Position numbers and translations under genes: made by a program
NCBI GenBank assembly: GCA_965218425.1
Contig: OZ244621.1
Span: 3,392,001 to 3,456,000 of the forward strand
Reading direction: 5' to 3'
Length of the DNA: 64,000 nucleotides
Source: an uncultured Candidatus Binatia bacterium
Lineage (GTDB): Bacteria; Desulfobacterota; Binatia; UBA9968; CAXXLF01
The notes under the pieces: model-generated
The model's input: the letters and a program-made list of their open reading frames with translations, nothing else
Database searches by the model: none
What the model was told of the DNA's origin: nothing
Part shown: piece by piece, positions 10,647 to 20,515 of the stretch
Numbering within the stretch: position 1 is the first letter of the stretch
How the letters are laid out: every line of letters starts with the position of its first letter

Positions 10647-11552
10647 TTAAGTTAGAGCCGGAATTATCTGGAGTCCAGCCCATGGGGATGAATTCCCAGC
10701 CTGCGCTCTGGGCAGAAAGGCCTCCGGTGCCGGAGAACGATAGCCCAGGGCGCTGTGAGGCCGCCGCTGGTTATACTCTCTTCTCCATCTTTCGATCAGC
10801 ACCTGAGCTTCCCTCAGGGTTTCAAACACCTCCCGGTTGAGCAGCTCATCCCTGAGTTTTCCGTTAAAACTCTCCACGTAGCCATTCTCCCAAGGACTGC
10901 CAGGCTCGATGTAGAGTGTCCTGACACCAATGGCCTTGAGCCAGTCCCGGATAGCCTGAGCCGTAAACTCGGGGCCATTGTCGGACCGAAGGGACTGCGG
11001 CACGCCCCGTTCCACGAATAGCTCCGCTAACCGTTCCAGCACATCCCGGTGATTCATCCGTCTGGCCACATCAATCGCCAAGCACTCCCGGGTGTATTCA
11101 TCCAGGATGCTCAACAGCCGAAAGGCCCGACCGTCTTCGGTTCGCTCGTGCACGAAGTCATAACTCCACACATGGTTTCGATGCGCCGGTCTCAGGCGAA
11201 TGCAGGAGCCATCAGTCAACCGGAGCCTCCCTCGCTTAGGCTGACGGCTGAGGACTTTCAGCCCTTCCTGCCTCCAGAGCCTCTCCACTCGCTTGTGGTT
11301 GACCTTCCACCCCTCCCCACGCAGCATGGCCGTAATCCTCCGGTAGCCGTATCGCCCGTATTCGCTGGCCAGCTCCATCATCCGAGCCACTAGTCTTGCT
11401 TCCTCTTCCGGGATCTCTCGGACTCTTCGTTGCGTCGATCGCGGCTGTCCCAACACTTGGCAAGCCCGGCGTTCGGAGACTCGATCAGGTCCCAATCTTT
11501 CTCTGGCCCATATCACCGCTCGTCTCCTCTTCGCCGGGCCTAGAAGTTTCCC
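10647..11552 (-). CDS. IS3 transposase OrfB (DDE integrase core), reached by -1 frameshift
   Basis: [43 protein letters not shown]; slippery G GGA AAC at 11546-11552. Confidence 0.9.
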   Translation of the reverse strand, partial: GKLLGPAKRRRAVIWARERLGPDRVSERRACQVLGQPRSTQRRVREIPEEEARLVARMMELASEYGRYGYRRITAMLRGEGWKVNHKRVERLWRQEGLKVLSRQPKRGRLRLTDGSCIRLRPAHRNHVWSYDFVHERTEDGRAFRLLSILDEYTRECLAIDVARRMNHRDVLERLAELFVERGVPQSLRSDNGPEFTAQAIRDWLKAIGVRTLYIEPGSPWENGYVESFNGKLRDELLNREVFETLREAQVLIERWRREYNQRRPHSALGYRSPAPEAFLPRAQAGNSSPWAGLQIIPALT

Positions 11553-11818
11553 GAGGACACTTCCTTCAGGATCTGGTTGTCCAGCGATAGATCCGCCACC
11601 AGCTTCTTCAACCGCGCATTCTCCTTGTCCAAGGCCTTGAGCCTCTTGGCCTGATCCATCTTCAGGCCTCCATATTCCTTCCTCCACCGGTAGTAGGTCT
11701 GCACGGTTACCCCCACCTGCTTGCACACCTGGCCCACCGCCTTCCCTTGGGCCAAGCTCACCTCCGCCTCACGCAGCTTGAGGATAATCTGCTCGGCCGT
11801 AAATCGCTTTCTTGCCAT
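11540..11818 (-). CDS. IS3 transposase OrfA (HTH)
   Basis: [12 protein letters not shown]...[12 protein letters not shown]...[32 protein letters not shown]. Confidence 0.93.
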   Translation of the reverse strand: MARKRFTAEQIILKLREAEVSLAQGKAVGQVCKQVGVTVQTYYRWRKEYGGLKMDQAKRLKALDKENARLKKLVADLSLDNQILKEVSSGNF

Positions 11819-12129
11819 CCTTGCCTCCTTCCTAAAATCAAAATCCCTAACATTTCACCTGGACTCGTTTTAGGGGGCAAGGTCATTTCCATCCCCCACT
11901 ACAATCGCCTTGCTCCTAAGGGATAATGTGCCGGAGGGGCCTTCCTGATGAGCCTCAGCCGTGGTGCAGATCTTTACTCTCTTGTTGTGGAGGGACTCCT
12001 CCAGGGTCACAACCGATAAGGAAGCCGACGAAAAAATTTGCTAGATGACGTACACCTTGGCGACTTGTAAAAAATACTAGGTGGGAGGACAACGCTGCCT
12101 GTTTGAGGCCAGGGGCACCTGATCAACTA

Positions 12130-12215
12130 TGGTATGTCTACCGGTTAATTGAAGAAGGTCTGGTACCGGGAAAGAACTTCATCCAGGTGGGACTGCGCGG
12201 ATATTATCCGGGAAA
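12130..12215 (+). pseudogene. Short fragment of agmatinase/ureohydrolase family gene
   Basis: VYRLIEEGLVPGKNFIQVGLRGYYP matches the QVGxRG region of ureohydrolases; flanks unrelated. Confidence 0.55.
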
Positions 12216-12447
12216 GGCCCCATTCAAAACCGGAATTGCCATGCGCAAGATGGTCCTCACGGATAAACACTACCTCAGTCCTCTTACCGAACACCACGGG
12301 CAGGGGGAAAAATAGGTAATAGCTGTTAACGATCGTAGGAGGTATATGACGGTGTGCGCGTAGCGGTTAAGGGGGGTGGTTTTGATCGGCGCTGGAGTTG
12401 GGTTGATTCAATACTTTGGTTCCCAACTAATCAGCTTATCTGGAAAT

Positions 12448-13935
12448 CTAATATTTCCCTCGTGCCGCTTCCCGCTTTTTGCTCTCTTCCAACACGAGTT
12501 TATATGCGATGTAGTATTTTTGAATATTGACCACGTAACGAACGGGTTCCTGGCCGACAATTCGCAAGGCAGCCGTTTCAACATTGCCGAACCACTTGTT
12601 GGGGTCGAGGCCCATCTTGCCGGCCAAGCTACGCATTCTTCGGACCCTTGAAGGGCCGGCGTTGTATGCTGCGTGGGCGAAGTGGACCTGAGCTTCGGGG
12701 CTGATGGCGGTATCAGTATAGTATTTCTTCCGTAAGAAATTGAGATACTTCACTCCCGCGTGAATATTGGGTTCGAGCTTGTGAATATTCTTTATGCCGA
12801 CATTTGGATCTGCGGCGGTGCTTGGCAACAGTTGCATGACCCCTATGGCCCCCCTCCGGCTCACCTTGGCCTGGTTGAGGCGTGATTCCTGATAGGCTTG
12901 TGCGCCGATCATTAACCAATCGAACCCATACCGGTCTCCGTACTTCTTGAGCAGTTTAACGATGGCATCGAACTTTTTTCGCTCCAACTCGGAAATCGGA
13001 TTGGTAACCCATTTGGTGTTTTTGAAATATCTGTTGAACAGGACATTGCCCACCAGGCTGCCCCTCTTGTGCTTTTTCAGAAAACCATTCACATGCTTTA
13101 GCAGTTCAGGATTGTTCGGGCGCACGGCCCACGCGATCTCACCACCGGAGTTTACTTTGATTGCTTTGTATAGGACGAGGTTTTTGTACACCCGGCTCCA
13201 TATGTCAGCGATGTGGTTGTCCACAACCACATAGTCGATAATTCGCGCGTTCGCCATTTCCAGCAAATCCTCGGATTGAAGATACTTGTTTGCATTGCGG
13301 ATTCTCACCGGCCATCGCCGTTCGGTCCTAAAACGCTTGTTCAACCGGGAGAGGTGTTGAGCGTAGCTGCTGGAATGAACCACGAAGACCTTTTTGCCTG
13401 ACAGATCATTGATGGATTTCAGAGGTCTCGCCTTCTTATGGGCGACCACAATCTCATCCACATTGGGAAGGTAAGGGGTGCTGAACTTTACGCGTTGTTT
13501 GCGGCCCTCGGTGATGGTAAGGCCAGCCGCCGCTATATCCCCACGACCCTCCAGCAATTCGGGAATGAGGCGGTCGAAGGGTAAGGGGATAAAAACCATT
13601 TTGATGTGACGTTTTCTCCGTGAACTCCCTCGATTGAGATGTTTTTCGAATTTTCTTAGAAGCTCGTACTCAAAGCCATTTTCCGCTCCCCTGATGAGGA
13701 AATAATTGGTCTGGGTGTGGTTGACCAGCGCGCGAATGAATTTTCGCTTGCGGATGCCTACTAAATCGTCGGTGTACGTGCTGTCTCCGTACCCAAGGGT
13801 TAGATATTCCGATGTGGTAGCAACAGCGCTGGGGGCCAAGGCGAGCTGGACACAGACCACTACGAGCCAGGCCATAGCCATGCACAGTGCCGTGTAATAA
13901 TAAGGAAGGGGTTTTATGTTATTACCCGGCCTCAT
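12448..13935 (-). CDS. mltF: MltF-like lytic murein transglycosylase (SBP_bac_3 + SLT domains)
   Basis: GFEYELL, GRGDIAAAGLTIT, AQAYQESRL, GAIGVMQL, AAYNAGP, EPVRYV. Confidence 0.88.
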   Translation of the reverse strand: MRPGNNIKPLPYYYTALCMAMAWLVVVCVQLALAPSAVATTSEYLTLGYGDSTYTDDLVGIRKRKFIRALVNHTQTNYFLIRGAENGFEYELLRKFEKHLNRGSSRRKRHIKMVFIPLPFDRLIPELLEGRGDIAAAGLTITEGRKQRVKFSTPYLPNVDEIVVAHKKARPLKSINDLSGKKVFVVHSSSYAQHLSRLNKRFRTERRWPVRIRNANKYLQSEDLLEMANARIIDYVVVDNHIADIWSRVYKNLVLYKAIKVNSGGEIAWAVRPNNPELLKHVNGFLKKHKRGSLVGNVLFNRYFKNTKWVTNPISELERKKFDAIVKLLKKYGDRYGFDWLMIGAQAYQESRLNQAKVSRRGAIGVMQLLPSTAADPNVGIKNIHKLEPNIHAGVKYLNFLRKKYYTDTAISPEAQVHFAHAAYNAGPSRVRRMRSLAGKMGLDPNKWFGNVETAALRIVGQEPVRYVVNIQKYYIAYKLVLEESKKREAARGKY

Positions 13936-14130
13936 CCTAAAAACTTGGTATCATCGATGGGGTTCCAGTTCAATAATGAAAGAGTTCTACTAGTCTCATG
14001 GGCAACCGTTCCCTCGTAAGATAGAGGAGAAAACCAGTAAAGTATGGTAGGATTTCCAATGCCCAATGCCATGGAATATGTTTTCGGATCATATCACAAA
14101 ATCTTATACAGGTAAAAAGAGGCTGCATCC

Positions 14131-14283
14131 ATGACGATTCCAGTCTGGGTATTACTTGGGTTTGCGGGGTGGACCATTATTCATCTGCTCATCACGGTGG
14201 GTGTCTATCGGTGGAGTCGTATCCTCTCCGGTCGAACGGAGATGAAAGAATTTCGGGCGGACAAAATTGAAGGGGAAGCTTAG
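14131..14283 (+). pseudogene. N-terminal fragment of MAPEG family membrane protein
   Basis: Manual translation MTIPVWVLLGFAGWTIIHLLITVGVYRWSRILSGRTEMKEFRADKIEGEA*. Confidence 0.6.
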
Positions 14284-14370
14284 TGCCGCCGGCGTAATTT
14301 CATCATTAGAGAAGCAAATTCTTAAAGGCAACAGTCATGGTGTCCGTCCTGTGTTATGGAGGGAGGTGGG

Positions 14371-14687
14371 ATGAACAGAGTCGTAGGGTTTTGTGGGACT
14401 ACGGTCATTAGTGGATTTTTTGTCATATTTTATCGGTCGCTCTTGTGTTGTTCCTATTGCCGGAGCTGGTGGGAGTGGTGCCCCTCACCACCTCTCCGGT
14501 CACAAATTTACTGCCAGTGGAATCCCTAGAGGGTCTTAGGATTGCCACCTTGATTGCTATTGTTTTGATCGCAGGGATATGTTTTGTTGCCGGACTAATT
14601 ATGAGGACCCGAATCGGTATTCGTCCCCGCCGTACCAACCCCCACCATGGGAATCATTTATTTTATGAAACGGGAGAAGGTGCGTAA
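14371..14687 (+). pseudogene. Frameshifted, truncated DUF502-like membrane protein
   Basis: GGAGG RBS, MNRVVGFLWTTVISGFFV, then a second frame ...LIAIVLIAGICFVAGLIMRTRIG. Confidence 0.5.
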
Positions 14688-14806
14688 ACTGCACGTGCCC
14701 ATGGCTGCGGGAATCGACTGTATTATGCAGTGGGGAATCGGGTCCAAATCGTTGCTCGCTAAGGGGTCATAACTTTTTAGCTCGCCAGAATGCGAGCATC
14801 TCTCCG

Positions 14807-16225
14807 CTACTTCACGCTCTCGAGGAGCTCACGCCATTTGGTCTCCACCAACTTCCGCTCTGCGGCATTGAAAACGTTGGTTTTGGGGAACTGGTCGCGC
14901 CAGTGGTAAGGCCGGCAGGCGTTAATAAGCATACGTCCCACTGTCAGGTCTCCAGCGGCGCGCTTACGGGGGGACAATCGTGGATCCAGGTCTGCGGTCC
15001 AGGCGTTGTGGATGATATCCACCGCTGTGGCGGGATCCACACGGGTACACATGGCCCAGAGAACCTCGTCCAGGTTTGTGGGATCAATGTCGTCGTCCAC
15101 CACCACGTAATAACATTTCATATCGCCGTGACGGAACCCTGCGGCTGTTAAGAGCGCCTGTTTCGCGTGGCCGGCATAGCGCTGACGCAGCGAAATGACG
15201 GTTAAGAGGCCATAGTTAAAACCCCACACGCCGGTCACGTCGGTGACGCCGGAAGCTTCCAGGTGATCCAAAAGATGTACGTAGGTAGTGATGTTGTTCC
15301 AGCCGATGGGACGTACGGGCGGGGCGCCGGCCAGGATCGGATTTTGGCGATGATAGATTCGCTGTATGCGAACCACACATTCCGGTCCCTGGTGAGTGTA
15401 GTATCCGGGCCATTCGCCAAAGGGACCCTCCTGTGCTGATTCCTCAGACATCGGAGGGATCTCGCCTTCGATAACGATCTCAGACGTGCTTGGAACCGGG
15501 AGTCCGGTTTGAGGCAACTGGAGGATATCCACCGGGCTGCCACGGTAGGCCCCTGCCAAGTCGTACTCGGAGATACCGAAGGGAGGGGACATGGAGGCGG
15601 TCATCCAGGTTACCGGTTCGCAACCCAAGACCACCGCCACAGGTGCCGGTTTGCCGTCACGCCAATACCGTTCCACAAGAATACGTCCGTGTTTCATGGG
15701 ATTGATCCATAGACTAATGCGATCGCGCCCCTGAATCATTCCACGGTACACACCCATGTTCACCCACCCTTGGTGGGGGTCACGGGTGATGACCATGTCC
15801 TGCGTACCGATGTAGCGACCGCCGTCACCTAGGTGCCAACGGGGAGTGGGGAAGCGTGTAATGTCCACCTCATTGCCTTTCTGAATGCACTCCATGACCG
15901 GGCCATCAGAGACTACTTGGATGGGTATGGCTTCAGCTACCTTGCGTCTTTTGCGCCAGAGCTGGAGGAGCTCAAGGGGATGAATGTCGAGGGGTAAACC
16001 CATGGCCAGAGCGAAACGGCGGGCTGACCGAGTAGCGTTAGAGCAAACACTATAGCCGGGCGGATAGTTGGAAAACTTGTGGAATACAAGCATGGGTCCA
16101 TTCCGTTCGGCCATCAGTTCCGTCAGACAACCCACTTCCAGATCGAGGTCGGCGTCGTCAACGTAGCGTACCTCATCCACCGTGTCCGCAGCATTGATAA
16201 ATTCTCCCAATGATTGATATGACAA
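14807..16225 (-). CDS. UbiD family (prFMN-dependent) decarboxylase
   Basis: DGGRYIGT, WVNMGVYR, EGPFGEWPGYY, VVVDDDID, WAMCTRVDP; TTG start with AAGGAGG RBS. Confidence 0.93.
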   Translation of the reverse strand: MSYQSLGEFINAADTVDEVRYVDDADLDLEVGCLTELMAERNGPMLVFHKFSNYPPGYSVCSNATRSARRFALAMGLPLDIHPLELLQLWRKRRKVAEAIPIQVVSDGPVMECIQKGNEVDITRFPTPRWHLGDGGRYIGTQDMVITRDPHQGWVNMGVYRGMIQGRDRISLWINPMKHGRILVERYWRDGKPAPVAVVLGCEPVTWMTASMSPPFGISEYDLAGAYRGSPVDILQLPQTGLPVPSTSEIVIEGEIPPMSEESAQEGPFGEWPGYYTHQGPECVVRIQRIYHRQNPILAGAPPVRPIGWNNITTYVHLLDHLEASGVTDVTGVWGFNYGLLTVISLRQRYAGHAKQALLTAAGFRHGDMKCYYVVVDDDIDPTNLDEVLWAMCTRVDPATAVDIIHNAWTADLDPRLSPRKRAAGDLTVGRMLINACRPYHWRDQFPKTNVFNAAERKLVETKWRELLESVK

Positions 16226-16405
16226 TTTCCGTTCCTCCTTACCGATCTGAACCTTCTTGTGCCGGGGACGCTAGAGCTCAGTTCACGGAAAATAACGACA
16301 AACCTACTGTCTTGCCAAAGGTGGAAATAATTCTGGCATTGACTCTCTGATTTTCCATTCGTGGATTCAAGGGTTGACTTGAAAAGACTCCCAAGATGCT
16401 GTATT

Positions 16406-16810
16406 TACTATGGAGTCCGCAACTTAGGGACTATGCGGCATGGGAGTATCAGGTATCGGGCGCCTGAAAGAACGAGCCAACGATCTCAAGACTCTTTTGC
16501 AGGTAGCGAAGCCTTCCCGCCACAGCCCGATGCAAATCACGCGGGCCGTCAACAAGCGTGCGGCCCACCCGTACCCCTTGTGGATCGAAGGGCATCCCAG
16601 CCGCCAGCGCCATAAGTCGCTAACCACACCAATATCGGATTCGTATCTAGACCCATCTTCCCCGCCACCGTAGTGGGGGCTTGCGCTGCTTGTACTGGCT
16701 TCACCGCCTTGAATCTTATTTCTTGCAGCTTGGCATGGGTGAGCTTGCGTCCGTCGATCTTCATAGATCGAGCTATAACCTAGAGTCGCTAACTTATGAA
16801 CTGATTAGTA
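16406..16810 (-). mobile_element. Internally deleted IS630-family element (~405 bp, MITE-like)
   Basis: Imperfect terminal repeats TACTATGGAGTCCGCAACTTAGGGACT and TACTAATCAGTTCATAAGTTAGCGACT (19/27 by eye) with TA ends. The transposase N-terminus MKIDGRKLTH...GGWDAL is joined to the C-terminus LRYLQKSLEIVGSFFQAPDT. Confidence 0.75.
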
Positions 16811-16978
16811 GCGGTACCCAGAGAAACGGCGGCCCCCGACGTTAGGCTTCTATTGGACAACTTTCCATGCACTGGGCAATTTATAGTCAACGCTTAGGCC
16901 TAGATCGACTCGAAAAACTAGCATTTATCTGATATGGAGGGCGGAGAAAGATCAATCGCGCAAAGGTAGGCAAATTCG

Positions 16979-17824
16979 ATGTCCATCAACACTCGGCTTT
17001 TTGAATTCTCCACCTCAGATGGGGAAAGGCTTCACGGACTCCACTTCCAACCATCGAATGAGGAGCGAACTGTAGACATGGCCTTGTTAATGGTGCATGG
17101 GGTGGCCATGAACTTTTATACGGGCCCCCTCCCGATCATTGGTCGGGCCCTCGCTCAAAGAGGGTATAATGCACTCACCATCAATACGCGCGGGCATGAC
17201 TGGATCTCGCGGGCCGGTGATGAAACAGGTTTTGGAGGCGCAGCCTATGAGAATCTTGATGACTGTCTCTTGGATATCGACGGTGCTCTTGCGTGGTTGG
17301 GAGGCCACGGCTATCGCCGTTATGTCCTCGTTGGCCACAGCCTGGGTTGCATCAAATCGCTCCTCTATCAGGGCAACCGGCAACGTTCGGATGTGGTGGG
17401 AGTCATTTCCTGTTCAGTGCCCAAACAGTTTTACTCCGCTCGTGCCTTGGACTGAGCGGAGTTTCCGGAACTCATGGCGCAGGCCGAAAATCTTGTGGCA
17501 GAGGGTAAAGGTGAAGAATTTCTTTGGGCCGAGACGAGCGGCTCTATGGGCCTCTTCAGCGCAAGGACTTATGTCAGCAAGTACGGTACCCACGAAAAAA
17601 ATGACGTGCGGCCCCACGCTTCGCGTTTGGGGTGTCCGCTATTGACCATTGCGGGTGGCGCAGAGCATCCATATTTTCCTGCCTATGCCAAAGAGCTGGC
17701 CGAGTGTGCGGGACCAACCCTCGGCACCTACCGGATAATCGAGGGCTCGAATCATTCCTATCATAAACACGAAGCAGAAGTGATCGAGATCATCTCCCAG
17801 TGGATGGGCCGGATCGAGAGCTGA
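16979..17824 (+). pseudogene. Alpha/beta hydrolase (DUF1749-like) interrupted by one in-frame TGA
   Basis: HG, GHSLG nucleophile elbow, C-terminal GSNHSY. ORFs 16979-17455 and 17474-17824 are in the same frame (GAC TGA GCG GAG). Confidence 0.8.
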
Positions 17825-18070
17825 AACCCAAAGACACAAGGCCCGTTTGATGCCCCGATCCACCAGACATGTGGCACTGTTTGTCGACAGATAGGGGGAC
17901 ACAATGGTCCTCTCCTTGGTATTTTGCACCCCATCCCGCAGCTCATAGCCCAGTGCCGCAGATCATGACGCACAATAATCCATCTCTATTCCTGCCAATA
18001 AATGGGAATTCGGTCCGGGGACCTCTTGTGCTTCGATGCCCATCTGCCTTATAATAGTAATAGGTGAGAC

Positions 18071-19222
18071 ATGACGTGGCGTTATGAAAGCCTGTCACCT
18101 GAAGACCAGAAACGACTTCATGCATTGAAGTCACGGGTTAAGAGCGAAGCAGACCGGTTTCTGGGATACCCGTGTACCTGTAAGTTTGATTACACCCCGC
18201 TTTTTGAATTTTTAAATTTCCCGATGAACAACGTCGGCGATCCTTTCGTCCCTACGTTGTTTCATCTGAACACTCATGATTTCGAACGCGAGGTGATCGG
18301 TACATTCCGCGAATGGACAAACGCGCCCGAAGATTCCATTTGGGGTTATGTTACGAACGGCGGCACCGAAGGTAATATGTACGGCATTTTTCTCGCAAGG
18401 GAGCTCTACCCGGAAGGCATGGTCTATTATTCGGAGGACACCCATTACAGCGTAAGCAAAAGCCTGAGGCTCTTGCATGTGCGCAATATCATGATCAAGA
18501 GCCAGCTCAATGGAGAACTCGACTACGACGACCTGCGCGAGACCATTCGTATTCACCGTGATGTCACGCCGATTGTCTTTGCCAATATCGGTACCACGAT
18601 GAAGGGGGCGGTGGATAATCTGGTGAGGATCAAGGAAATCATGCATGAACTCGCCATACCCAATTTTTATATTCATGCAGATGCCGCGTTGAGCGGAATG
18701 ATACTGCCTTTCGTAGATGATCCGCAGCCCTTTGATTTCCAGGCAGGCATAGACAGTATCTCCATAAGTGGGCATAAAATGATTGGCTCACCCATCCCCT
18801 GCGGGGTATTACTCGCTCGAAAAAGCAACGTTGACCGGATTGCCCGGTCCATTGAGTATGTAGGGACCCTTGATACCACCTTGGCGGGATCGCGCAATGC
18901 GATCACGCCGCTTTTTATCTGGTATGCGCTTAAAACAGTAAAGTATGAAGGCTTCCGGAAGATCATTGCGAATTGTTTAAAAACAGCAGAATATGCCATT
19001 AATCGATTTGCGGACCAGGGAATCAAGGCCTGGCGGAACAAGAACTCCGTGACCATAGTCTTTCCACGGCCCACCTGCGAAATCGCTTCAAAGTGGCAAC
19101 TTGCCGTGCAAGACGATATCGCGCATATTATCACCATGCCCCATGTGGAGAAACGTCAGATTGATGCTTTGTTGCGAGACTTAAATAAGCAGCGGTTGCA
19201 CGATGGGAGTGTGAGCGCATAA
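18071..19222 (+). CDS. PLP-dependent group II decarboxylase, histidine decarboxylase/serine decarboxylase-like
   Basis: GYP, NNVGDPF, WGYVTNGGTEGN, DTHYS, ANIGTT, HADAALSG, SISISGHKMIGSPIPCG (PLP Lys), GSRN. Confidence 0.9.
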   Translation: MTWRYESLSPEDQKRLHALKSRVKSEADRFLGYPCTCKFDYTPLFEFLNFPMNNVGDPFVPTLFHLNTHDFEREVIGTFREWTNAPEDSIWGYVTNGGTEGNMYGIFLARELYPEGMVYYSEDTHYSVSKSLRLLHVRNIMIKSQLNGELDYDDLRETIRIHRDVTPIVFANIGTTMKGAVDNLVRIKEIMHELAIPNFYIHADAALSGMILPFVDDPQPFDFQAGIDSISISGHKMIGSPIPCGVLLARKSNVDRIARSIEYVGTLDTTLAGSRNAITPLFIWYALKTVKYEGFRKIIANCLKTAEYAINRFADQGIKAWRNKNSVTIVFPRPTCEIASKWQLAVQDDIAHIITMPHVEKRQIDALLRDLNKQRLHDGSVSA

Positions 19223-19618
19223 ATGAGGCAGATCACCATCATTGCTGAAAACCGTGTTGGATTGTTAGCCGAGATATCCCAGGCCTTGGCCGCGCGGAAT
19301 ATTAATATTGAAACCCTTGATGCCGAAGGTATCGAAAATCACGGCATTCTAATCTTGACCGTGGACAAGTACGACGAGGCCCTCCAGGTAATTAACTCAA
19401 TTCCGCGTATACGAGCGATCACTGAGGATGCCATTCTTATACGTTTGTCGGACAAGCCGGGAGCCCTCGCAGAAATTGCAAAGCGATTTAAGGACTCCAA
19501 CATAAATCTCCGCAGTATCCGGATTCTACGTCGTGACAACGATCAGAGCCTCGTAGCCATTAGCGCCGAACGAACCAAGGACGCCATCGAGTTAGTCAAA
19601 GACGTGCTTATTTCTTAG
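19223..19618 (+). CDS. Tandem ACT domain protein
   Basis: ENRVGLLAEISQALAARNINI and DKPGALAEIAKRFKDSNINL; ATG directly follows the decarboxylase TAA. Confidence 0.88.
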   Translation: MRQITIIAENRVGLLAEISQALAARNINIETLDAEGIENHGILILTVDKYDEALQVINSIPRIRAITEDAILIRLSDKPGALAEIAKRFKDSNINLRSIRILRRDNDQSLVAISAERTKDAIELVKDVLIS

Positions 19619-19841
19619 AAAAAAAGTCCCTTCCGATTAATCTAAGTTATTCTGTTTCTAAGCTAAGGGGAATACCGGGGTAGCGCAGGAGCTGATAGGT
19701 GCTCTATTCCTTCTGCGTTCGATCATAGGACGCCGTTTGAGTTGGCGGAAAGCAACGAACTGGTCCCAAGGAGAAGTGGCGTTAGATAAGATTGTTTCCG
19801 AACCGGGGTCAGTAAGGAAGGTGGCTGGGGCAATAGCAAAA

Positions 19842-20498
19842 TTAGCCTTTCGGCTGGGCCATGACCCGGGTTGGGGCGCCGTCCGCCCCACGGATCTTTA
19901 TGGGAAAACAGAAGGCTTCCAGGCTCCTCCCGGCGACTTCTTCCAGATAGACATTCTCAAGGATCAGGACGTCATTGCCGAGCAGCGTTGTGTGAGCCGG
20001 ACAGGTAAAGCCTTTTTTTCTTAACTGTGGTGGTAGGTCCACGGTGATAAAGTCCACACCGACCAATTTCGCTCCGCTATCCACCAACCACTTGGCGCTT
20101 TCCCCCGAGAGATAGGGGTGATTGTGATAGTCCTCTTGTTGGAATTTGGCCCCCCATCCCGTGCGTAAAAACACGATATCGCCGCGCTGGACCTTTGGCG
20201 TTGCCTTTTCGAGGTCCTGAACCGTGATCTCCGCACAAGGAGGCTTGGGAAGATCGAGGACCACTGCGGGACCGGCCGTCTGTTCGGGTGAAATCTGATC
20301 GACGGACTTGCCTCCTCGTATAAAGTGGTTGGGGGCATCCATATGGGTTCCAAAATGGGTGAGGAATGTATACCGGGTGATCTGAAAGAGGTGATCCTCC
20401 AGGGTGTAAACAGGTTCGATCTTGGGTGGCCCGAGCAGCTTGTTATAGGGCATGCCTTCAAAGAAATCGTGAGAAAGATCCAGCCATTTAGATGTCAT
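19842..20498 (-). CDS. Cyclase family protein (kynurenine formamidase/isatin hydrolase-like)
   Basis: HFGTHMDAPNH motif, RTGW, VGVD, H...ILEN, GADGAPTR; start re-assigned to MTSKWLDLSH. Confidence 0.9.
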   Translation of the reverse strand: MTSKWLDLSHDFFEGMPYNKLLGPPKIEPVYTLEDHLFQITRYTFLTHFGTHMDAPNHFIRGGKSVDQISPEQTAGPAVVLDLPKPPCAEITVQDLEKATPKVQRGDIVFLRTGWGAKFQQEDYHNHPYLSGESAKWLVDSGAKLVGVDFITVDLPPQLRKKGFTCPAHTTLLGNDVLILENVYLEEVAGRSLEAFCFPIKIRGADGAPTRVMAQPKG

Positions 20499-20515
20499 AA
20501 TCCATCCTCTAACCT

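Larger units (their letters stand above)
10618..11885 (-). mobile_element. IS3 family insertion sequence (IS407 group-like), apparently intact
   Basis: Terminal inverted repeats TGACCTGCCCCC (10618) and GGGGGCAAGGTCA (ending 11885); orfA/orfB layout; ~1.27 kb; no obvious target duplication. Confidence 0.92.

Noticed and set aside
11886..12050. Possible coding remnant next to the IS3 right end
   Set aside because: The translation gave no recognisable motif
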